NCBI GenBank assembly: GCA_964420035.1
Contig: CAYQQR010000001.1
Location: forward strand, 41,283 to 105,282
Source of the DNA: an uncultured Bacteroidaceae bacterium
Lineage (GTDB): Bacteria; Bacteroidota; Bacteroidia; Bacteroidales; SM23-62
DNA: 64,000 bases
Direction: 5' to 3'
How positions within the stretch are numbered: position 1 is the first letter of the stretch; every line of letters begins with the position of its first letter. Position numbers and translations under genes: made by a program. Of the stretch, positions 57,271 to 64,000 are shown piece after piece. The notes beneath the pieces were generated by a model. The model was not told where the DNA came from, searched no databases, and was given only the letters and a program-made list of their open reading frames with translations.

Positions 57271-57333
57271 GCAGTGAGCAGTATGCAGTAAGCAGTGAGC
57301 AGTAAGCAGTGAGCAGTATGCAGTAAGTAGTAC
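57264..57333. repeat. heptanucleotide tandem array, 10 units of GCAGTRW
   Basis: gcagtaa gcagtga gcagtat gcagtaa gcagtga gcagtaa gcagtga gcagtat gcagtaa gtagtac; the first unit contains the TetR stop codon; the array ends 14 nt before the TolC ATG. Confidence 0.9.
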
Positions 57334-57347
57334 GAAATACTAATCAT

Positions 57348-58697
57348 ATGAAAAGGGTTTTATTGATAAGCAGTTTTTTATTTGTTTTTTTCTCGGCCGG
57401 GGCTCAAGTGCCTGCAGAACAGAAAGACACCGTTTACTTTTCACTGCAGGAGGCTATTGATTATGCCCTGGAGAACAATAGGAACGTTGACAATGCACGC
57501 AGGGATGTGGAAAGTTCACAGGGCAGGGTGTGGGAAACAACGGCTACCGGGCTGCCCCGGGTGAGTGCAAACGTCAGTTACCAGAATAACCTGGAATTGA
57601 TGACCACCCTGATACCGGCGGAATTCTTCGGCGGGGAGCCGGGAACCTACCAGCCGGTGCAATTTGGCACCCAGCACAATGCAGTGGCCACCCTGTCGGC
57701 CTCCCAGCTTATCTTCAGCGGACCCTACATCGTTGGTCTGCAAGCCGCAAACACCTACCGGGAACTGGCAAAGAAAAACCTGGTAAAATCGGAAACCGAC
57801 CTTAAGTCCCAGGTCATAGGTTCCTACTACAGTATTCTGATGGCAGAAGGAAACCTGGAGATTATCCGGAAAAACTTCAATTTGATCAATACCCGGTACC
57901 TGGAAACCAAAGCGATGTATGAGGCGGGATTTATAGAAGAGACCGATGTGGATCAATTGGAGATCTCCCGCACCAGCCTGGAAAATGACATCAGGACCGC
58001 TGAAAGTTCCGTTGAAATTTCTTACCGTCTTTTAAAATATGCCATGGATTATCCCATGGACCGGGAGATCAGAATAACGGAAAATCTGGAAGATTTTATG
58101 CAGGAAGTGACTCGCGGGATCATCAACAGGAATTTCAATATTGAAGACCATATTGAATATAAATTAATGAAAACCCGGGAACAACTGGCCTGGTTGAATA
58201 TGCGCCGGCAGCAGGCAGAATACCTTCCCTCGCTCTCGGCCAGCTATACCTACCAGGAGATGGCCCAGCGCAATGAGTTTAATTTCTTTGATTCTTCGGA
58301 GGATTGGTACCCTTCTTCTGTATTGGGCTTCAACCTGAACATACCCATCTTTGCCTCCGGCATGAGACGGGCCCGGGTAAACCAGGCCCGGGTAGAATGG
58401 GAAAAGGCAAAGAACAACAAGGAATACCTTGCCCGGGGACTGGAACTGGGGGTCTCCCGGGCCCGCCTGGATTTCGTCAGGGCTTACGAGCAATATGAGA
58501 GCCAGAAACGCAATGTTCAGTTATCTGAAAAAGTATTCAATAAGACGTCCATTAAGTACCAGGAAGGGATGGCATCCAGCCTGGAACTGACCCAGGTCAG
58601 CAACCAGCTGATACAAAACCAATCGGCCCTGCTAATGCATAAGGTTGAACTGCTGAATGCCAAGCTGAGCCTGGATCAAGCCTTAGGATACCTGTAA
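57348..58697 (+). CDS. TolC family outer-membrane efflux protein
   Basis: 449 aa; signal peptide; two-repeat alpha/beta TolC organisation (LSLQEAIDYALENN start typical). Confidence 0.85.
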   Translation: MKRVLLISSFLFVFFSAGAQVPAEQKDTVYFSLQEAIDYALENNRNVDNARRDVESSQGRVWETTATGLPRVSANVSYQNNLELMTTLIPAEFFGGEPGTYQPVQFGTQHNAVATLSASQLIFSGPYIVGLQAANTYRELAKKNLVKSETDLKSQVIGSYYSILMAEGNLEIIRKNFNLINTRYLETKAMYEAGFIEETDVDQLEISRTSLENDIRTAESSVEISYRLLKYAMDYPMDREIRITENLEDFMQEVTRGIINRNFNIEDHIEYKLMKTREQLAWLNMRRQQAEYLPSLSASYTYQEMAQRNEFNFFDSSEDWYPSSVLGFNLNIPIFASGMRRARVNQARVEWEKAKNNKEYLARGLELGVSRARLDFVRAYEQYESQKRNVQLSEKVFNKTSIKYQEGMASSLELTQVSNQLIQNQSALLMHKVELLNAKLSLDQALGYL

Positions 58698-58718
58698 AAA
58701 TTCAATAATCAGTATACA

Positions 58719-59840
58719 ATGAAAAAACTCATTATTTTATTCTTCATTCTGGCACTGGCTGCATGCGGCAATGAAGCCGGACAGATCGAATCCCGGATCA
58801 TAAAGAAAAAACAACAGGTCAGCAAGTTGACCGGTCAGATCAATGAACTGGAAGCTAAGCTCGGCGAACTCAAAAATACTGCAGATAATGCCTTTCGGGT
58901 CTCGGTAGCCGTCAAGCAGCTAAGCAGGGATACCTTTAATCACTACATCCGGGTGAAAGGTACCGTGAAAGCTGAAAACGAGGCCATGATCAGTCCCGAA
59001 ACCATGGGGCAGATCAAAAGGATCCACGTCAGCGAAGGAGAAGAAGTCAGGAAAGGACAGTTGCTGGTAAGCCTCAATACCTCGGTTACGGAAAGCACCA
59101 TTCAGGAGGTAAAAACCCGTCTTGAACTGGCGGAAAAGGTTTATGAGCGTCGAAAATCCCTCTGGGAACAGAATATAGGATCAGAAATTCAGTACCTGGA
59201 AGCTAAAAACAACAAGGAATCGGCAGAAGCCAGTCTCAAAACCCTGCAGGCACAGTTGGATATGGCAACCATCGAGGTCCCATTTAACGGGATCATAGAT
59301 GCAATAAGCATGGAGATCGGCGAACTGGCCTCCCCGGGTGTACAGGTCATGCACCTTGTAAGTTTGCAATATCTGAAGATCTATGCCGATGTTTCCGAGA
59401 AATACCTGAAAAGCATCAGGGAAGGGGAAAGGGTGGTTGTGGAATTTCCCGAGCTGGACGGTCTGACCAGGAACCTCACCATTTTCAGAAAAGGGAAAGT
59501 GATTGATATGGATTCCCGCACTTTCCGTATTGAGTTGAAACTGAACAATCCAAAAGAGATCATCAACCCCAACCTGATCGCGGTGATCAACATCAATGAT
59601 TACAGCAACGAAAAGGCCCTGGTGGTTCCTTCCATCGTCATCAAACAGGATATCCGGGGATATTATTTGTTTGTTGTCCGCAACCAAGGAGGCAGGCAGC
59701 TTGCCAGGAAGATCTATGTTGAGCCGGGGATGTCTTACGAAGACCGGACCGAAATCAAAAGCGGACTCAATGAGAATGACCGGGTTATCGTGAAGGGTTA
59801 CAACACAGTATCCAACGGGGTTGAAGTACAAATTGTATAA
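58719..59840 (+). CDS. efflux RND transporter periplasmic adaptor subunit
   Basis: 373 aa; lipobox LALAAC; coiled-coil hairpin, lipoyl and beta-barrel segments (GEEVRKGQLLVSL). Confidence 0.9.
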   Translation: MKKLIILFFILALAACGNEAGQIESRIIKKKQQVSKLTGQINELEAKLGELKNTADNAFRVSVAVKQLSRDTFNHYIRVKGTVKAENEAMISPETMGQIKRIHVSEGEEVRKGQLLVSLNTSVTESTIQEVKTRLELAEKVYERRKSLWEQNIGSEIQYLEAKNNKESAEASLKTLQAQLDMATIEVPFNGIIDAISMEIGELASPGVQVMHLVSLQYLKIYADVSEKYLKSIREGERVVVEFPELDGLTRNLTIFRKGKVIDMDSRTFRIELKLNNPKEIINPNLIAVININDYSNEKALVVPSIVIKQDIRGYYLFVVRNQGGRQLARKIYVEPGMSYEDRTEIKSGLNENDRVIVKGYNTVSNGVEVQIV

Positions 59841-59852
59841 AATAGGGCAAAC

Positions 59853-62800
59853 ATGGGCAAGGACATAAAACGGGAATCCATCATCAGGGAATTCAAACCG
59901 ACCACCATGGCCCTGAAGAACAGGAACTCGGTTTTCCTGTTGACCTTTATTATTATCGCATTCGGTATCATTTCCTATCGGTCGTTACCCAAGGAACTCT
60001 TCCCGGAGATCGTGATACCGACCGTGCTGGTACAAACCACCTACCTGGGGAACCCCCCCGTGGATATTGAAAACCTGATCACCCGGCCCCTGGAAAAAGA
60101 GATTGAAACCATCAACGGCATCAGGGAACTCACTTCCACCTCTGCCCAGGATGCTTCCATGATCTTCGTGGAATTCAACACCGATGTGAATATCGAGGAT
60201 GCACTGGCCGACATTAGGGATAAGGTCGACCAGGCCAAGAGCAAATTACCCACCAACGATCCCTTTTTCTTCGAGCCCCTGGTGATGGATATCGACCTTT
60301 CGGAATTTCCCATCATCAACATCAATCTTTCAGGGGATTACAGCATTGAAGAACTAAGAAGCTATGCAGAATACCTTGAAGACCGGATAGAAGAGATAAA
60401 TGAAATCTCTAAAGTGGAGATCAAAGGGATCAATGAAAGGGAAGTCAGGATCAACGTCGATCTCTATAAGATGGAAGCCCTGGAACTTAGCTTCTATGAC
60501 ATAGAGATGGCCGTCAAGGAGGAGAACGTATCCATGTCAGGCGGAGAGATCCTGCTCGGTCAAGCCAAAAGAACCATCCGTACCATAGGGGAATTTGAAG
60601 ATATTTCTGAACTGGAAAATATCATCATCAAGGAATCCAACGCTAAGGTCGTTTATCTGAAAGATGTTGCTGATGTCATAGACGGCTATAAGGAACCCAA
60701 CAGTTTTGCCCGTCTCAACAAACAGCCGGTCGTATCGGTCCAGGTAGTAAAAAAATCAGGTGAGAACTTGTTATCGGCCACCGATAAGGTTTTTGGTGTC
60801 CTGGATGAAGCCCGTGCATCGAGAAACATCCCGGTGGATATGAGCGTATCGATCACCAATGACCAGTCGGAAATGGTACGCATGCAGCTCAGTAACCTGG
60901 AAAACAGCATGTTCATGGGGATCATCTTCGTGGTACTGGTGCTGTTTTATTTTTTGGGTACCAGAAACGCGCTTTTTGTTGGAATCGCCATTCCCATGTC
61001 TATGTTCCTCTCTTTCGCGGTGATCAACGTCATAGGCTTCCAGATCAATATGATCGTCCTCTTTTCCCTGATCCTGGCCCTGGGAATGCTGGTGGATAAT
61101 GCCATTGTAACGGTGGAAAACATTTATCGATATGTCTCCAGGGGTTACAGGCCTTTTGAGGCGGCCCGGCAGGCCGTGGGAGAAATAGCCTGGCCCATCA
61201 TCACCTCAACATCCACCACCCTGGCAGCATTTCTGCCCCTGGCCTTCTGGGGTGGCATAACCGGTGAGTTCATGAAGTACCTGCCCATCACCCTGATCAT
61301 TGTTCTGACCTCCTCACTTTTTGTGGCCCTGGTGATCATTCCTGTTTTCTCGGCCACCTTCATCAAGGTAAGGGGAACGCGGTACGACAGCAAGCCCAAC
61401 AAAAAGAAAGGATACCGTTTTGCCGTTGGGATGATCCTTCTTTCCATCCCCCTGTATATCGTCGGATGGACCATCCCGGCCAATCTGCTGGTCCTTTTTG
61501 CTATAATAGGAATTTTGAACCTGGCTTATTTCCATAAAGCTGAAGCCTGGTTCCAGGACGTTTTCCTGGTGTGGCTGGAGGAAGTCTATCTGAAGATACT
61601 GAGCTATGCATTGTACCGGAAAAGACCCCTGTGGTTTTTTACAGGAACGGTCCTCCTGTTGGTGGTCACCCTCATTATGTTCGGTGTACGGCAACCCAAG
61701 ATATCTTTTTTCCCGGACAACGATCCAGGCTATATCAATGTGCAGGCCGACCTGCCCATCGGTACGGATATTTATACCACCGATGAATTTACGCGAAATA
61801 CCCTGGAGAAAGATATTTTCGATTTACTGGAGCCCTATGAAGATATTGTAGCGTCGGTCCTGACCACCACGGGTACCGGCAGTAACGAGGACCTGTCCTC
61901 CATGAGTGCTGGAGGCACCCCGCACAAAGCACTGACCACCATAACTTTTATAGATTATGAAGACCGGGGGGATGTGAATACTTCAGTGGTTATGCAGGAA
62001 TTATCCCAAGGACTGTTGAACAGGTATCCCGGCGTGGAGTTGTCCATCACCAAGAACCAAATGGGTCCGCCCACCGGCCGGGCCATCAACATTGAAGCTT
62101 CCGGACAGGATTACGATCGTTTGCTGCAACTGGCAGACACCATGATGTTTGTAATTGAGCAGGCAGGTATTGACGGTATCGAGGGCCTGAACATGGATCT
62201 GAATGTTGGCAAACCAGAGCTCCTGGTTCACATAAACCGGGAAAAAGCAAGACGGTTCGGACTGGGTACCCAGATCATTGCATCAACCATTCGTACAGCG
62301 CTTTTTGGCTCCGAAATATCCGATTATAAAGTGGGTGAGGATGAATATCCCATCAACATGCGGCTCAAAGATGAGTACCGATATTCCCTGCCCGAACTTT
62401 TCAATCAGAAGATCACCTTCAACAAGGAGGGAAGGAACATCCAGTTGCCCATTTCTGCCGTGGCAGATTACAGTTACAGCACCACCTACGGATCGGTGCG
62501 GCGTAAGAACATGGACCGGGTCATCACCCTTTATTCAAACGTGATCCAGGGTTACAATGCCAACAGTGTGAACGAGCAGATCAAGATGGTATTGAACAAT
62601 TTTCAGCTTCCGGAAGGTTACAAGTATGAATTCACCGGGGAACAGGCCGAGCAGCAAGAGTCGCTGAACTTCCTGGGACGGGCCATGCTGATCGCCCTGG
62701 CCCTGATCCTCCTGATCCTGGTCACCCAATTCAATTCGGTGGTCCGGCCGGCCATCATACTGGCCTCGGTTGTTTTCAGTACCATCGGGGTGTTCGGCGG

Positions 62801-63314
62801 TATCGCCACCTTCAGGATGGATTTCATCATCGTTATGACCGGGGTGGGCATCATCTCCCTGGCCGGTATTGTGGTGAACAATGCCATCGTACTGGTTGAT
62901 TTTATCGAATTAAGAAAAGCACGGCGGCGGAAGGAGCTCGGATTAAAGAGCGGTGACTTTCTTCCTATTGAAGAAGCAACGGAAGCCGTAGTACGGGCCG
63001 GTAAGACCAGGCTTCGCCCGGTGTTGCTGACAGCCATAACGACCATATTGGGGTTGCTTCCCCTGGCCGTCGGGATCAACCTGGATTTCGAGGGACTGTT
63101 CTCCCGCTTTGAGCCCAATCTCTATTTCGGCGGGGAACAGGTCATATTTTGGGGCCCCATGGCCTGGACCGTGATCTTTGGCCTGACTTTCGCCACCTTC
63201 CTCACCCTGGTGATCGTACCGGTGATGTATCGGCTGACCACTTTGCTTCAGAAAAAACTGTATGAGGCGATACATCTGAGAACCGAGAACCGAGAACCGA
63301 GAACTGAGAACTGA
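59853..63314 (+). CDS. efflux RND transporter permease subunit (AcrB/HAE1-like)
   Basis: 1153 aa; 12-TM/2-loop architecture, GMLVDNAIV and GIVVNNAIVLVD motifs; the last 12 codons (LRTENREPRTEN) are translated from the heptamer array. Confidence 0.95.
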   Translation: MGKDIKRESIIREFKPTTMALKNRNSVFLLTFIIIAFGIISYRSLPKELFPEIVIPTVLVQTTYLGNPPVDIENLITRPLEKEIETINGIRELTSTSAQDASMIFVEFNTDVNIEDALADIRDKVDQAKSKLPTNDPFFFEPLVMDIDLSEFPIININLSGDYSIEELRSYAEYLEDRIEEINEISKVEIKGINEREVRINVDLYKMEALELSFYDIEMAVKEENVSMSGGEILLGQAKRTIRTIGEFEDISELENIIIKESNAKVVYLKDVADVIDGYKEPNSFARLNKQPVVSVQVVKKSGENLLSATDKVFGVLDEARASRNIPVDMSVSITNDQSEMVRMQLSNLENSMFMGIIFVVLVLFYFLGTRNALFVGIAIPMSMFLSFAVINVIGFQINMIVLFSLILALGMLVDNAIVTVENIYRYVSRGYRPFEAARQAVGEIAWPIITSTSTTLAAFLPLAFWGGITGEFMKYLPITLIIVLTSSLFVALVIIPVFSATFIKVRGTRYDSKPNKKKGYRFAVGMILLSIPLYIVGWTIPANLLVLFAIIGILNLAYFHKAEAWFQDVFLVWLEEVYLKILSYALYRKRPLWFFTGTVLLLVVTLIMFGVRQPKISFFPDNDPGYINVQADLPIGTDIYTTDEFTRNTLEKDIFDLLEPYEDIVASVLTTTGTGSNEDLSSMSAGGTPHKALTTITFIDYEDRGDVNTSVVMQELSQGLLNRYPGVELSITKNQMGPPTGRAINIEASGQDYDRLLQLADTMMFVIEQAGIDGIEGLNMDLNVGKPELLVHINREKARRFGLGTQIIASTIRTALFGSEISDYKVGEDEYPINMRLKDEYRYSLPELFNQKITFNKEGRNIQLPISAVADYSYSTTYGSVRRKNMDRVITLYSNVIQGYNANSVNEQIKMVLNNFQLPEGYKYEFTGEQAEQQESLNFLGRAMLIALALILLILVTQFNSVVRPAIILASVVFSTIGVFGGIATFRMDFIIVMTGVGIISLAGIVVNNAIVLVDFIELRKARRRKELGLKSGDFLPIEEATEAVVRAGKTRLRPVLLTAITTILGLLPLAVGINLDFEGLFSRFEPNLYFGGEQVIFWGPMAWTVIFGLTFATFLTLVIVPVMYRLTTLLQKKLYEAIHLRTENREPRTEN

Positions 63315-63353
63315 GAACCGAGAACCGAGAACCGAGAACCGAGAACCGAGAAC
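63277..63353. repeat. heptanucleotide tandem array, 11 units of YGAGAAC
   Basis: tgagaac cgagaac x3 tgagaac x2 cgagaac x5; spans the RND 3' end, its TGA stop (63312-63314) and the whole convergent gap up to the stop of the minus-strand gene (63353-63355). Confidence 0.9.
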
Positions 63354-64000
63354 TACTTCAACACCACCCACCCTCTTGGTTTCGAGATTGTATTCAGTAA
63401 GGTATCGATGTCCCGCTTCTGGGCCTGGAGTTCGGTGATATCTTCCTGTGTATTTTTTCCGTCCTGGATGCTGGCAATCTCCTTTTCTTTTTCTTTCTGG
63501 GCCTTTTCAAGGATCTTGCGTTTGAATTCCAGCACGGCCTTGGGCACATTCTCTTTCAGCAGCATGTCCTCGGTAGTGATGTGTGCCCCTTTCTTGCTGT
63601 GTATCTTGCTCATGGTATAGGGAAAGCTCAGCAGGTCGACAGTGAGTTGTGCGAAATCTTCATCCGGGTGTTTGATAAAATCCTTACTGTCGATTACTTC
63701 GCCGGCTTTGATCTTGTTGAATATCTCCTCGAATATGTTGGCGTAAACCAGGTTGCTGAATTTAAGCTGGTCGTTCTGAATCTCGTTGATGATGAATTCG
63801 GCTACAGTGATGTATTCCAGATCCTGGTTGCCGTTATCCATCTCGAATAACCTTTCGTTGCCGTATTGCAGCAGGAAACGGATCAGGAGCTTCTCCTGCT
63901 CTTCAACAAAGATCTTGGATACATAAGAAGGAACCCTGGTGGTCTGTAGCTTGACCTCCTCCGATTTGAGGTCTTTTTTGTAATAATCTTCCGCTTTTTT
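63353..64000 (-). CDS. dnaG: probable DNA primase, C-terminal part (5' end beyond the window)
   Basis: The reading frame stays open from 63841 to the window edge (my translation ..KKAEDYYKKDLKSEEVKLQTTRVPSYVSKIFVEEQEKLLIRFLLQYGNERLFEMDNGN..); resembles the helicase-interaction tail of Bacteroidota DnaG as I recall it; identification is tentative. Confidence 0.45.
   Translation of the reverse strand, partial: KKAEDYYKKDLKSEEVKLQTTRVPSYVSKIFVEEQEKLLIRFLLQYGNERLFEMDNGNQDLEYITVAEFIINEIQNDQLKFSNLVYANIFEEIFNKIKAGEVIDSKDFIKHPDEDFAQLTVDLLSFPYTMSKIHSKKGAHITTEDMLLKENVPKAVLEFKRKILEKAQKEKEKEIASIQDGKNTQEDITELQAQKRDIDTLLNTISKPRGWVVLK

Noticed and set aside
25178-59831. Long antisense shadow ORFs (25178-25738, 28377-28943, 29714-30247, 36817-37449, 38347-39120, 40975-41577, 52028-52630, 53331-53930, 56605-57177, 59181-59831)
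   Set aside because: Each lies opposite a gene with strong family motifs. Their translations are low-complexity (G/P/R/H-rich) with no recognisable domains, as expected for frame shadows.
57264-63353. The heptamer arrays as possible CRISPR or minisatellite-encoded protein repeats
   Set aside because: The units are 7 nt with no spacers, so they are not CRISPR. Only the last 12 RND codons are repeat-derived, so they are not a repeat-protein gene.
1-64000. Search by eye for tRNA/rRNA genes, CRISPR arrays, integrases, transposases, phage or defence genes
   Set aside because: I found none. No T-loop GGTTCGAATCC-like cores occur in intergenic DNA, and every gap over 150 nt is accounted for by promoters or repeats.

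Overview
This is a dense 64-kb chromosomal segment. Its gene content and order look Bacteroidota-like: a dut-flippase-TPR-DUF4292-M23 block, a CarboxypepD_reg-type TonB-dependent receptor, a TAnnTTTG promoter motif and little Shine-Dalgarno signal. All calls come from reading the ORF translations and the DNA by eye; no database search was run. I support about 63 protein-coding genes or pseudogenes. I see no rRNA, tRNA, CRISPR array, transposase or integrase.

Layout:
- 0.1-18 kb: mostly housekeeping genes (dut, pheS, ruvB, nadA, rpiB, hemW, cyclophilin, M23/TPR envelope genes).
- 18.2-25.0 kb: a tightly coupled six-gene minus-strand operon: PqqD-like, ATP-grasp ligase, fold-type-III PLP decarboxylase, urea-transporter-like/M23 fusion, secreted beta-rich protein, secreted TPR protein. 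I cannot assign it to any characterised pathway, and it is my best candidate for an undescribed system.
- 25.1-44.2 kb: a multi-metal homeostasis island. It holds 2 CDF transporters, ZupT, a CPH-type P1B ATPase, a permease-HMA fusion, two Cys-rich HxC/CC/PP membrane-protein paralogs, a TonB receptor, HMA, YceI x2, a porin, Rrf2, SHOCT x2, DUF302, a P-II-like protein, a ferritin-like protein, a class I aldolase and flavodoxin. One sub-locus is visibly decaying: a poly-C frameshift, a CusA-type gene with lost start, in-frame stop and 3' truncation, and a 5'-truncated DUF3347.
- 44.4-56.3 kb: lgt, ROK kinase, Usp, a CrtI-family/SDR/epimerase/CPBP cluster, an acyl-CoA ligase and ispD.
- 56.6-63.3 kb: a TetR-TolC-MFP-RND efflux operon bracketed by two different heptanucleotide tandem arrays.
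- Right edge: the 3' part of a probable dnaG.

Four intergenic sites carry a family of hairpin-module repeats. These include a 95-nt pair that is 100% identical in inverted orientation around a 29.75-kb segment.
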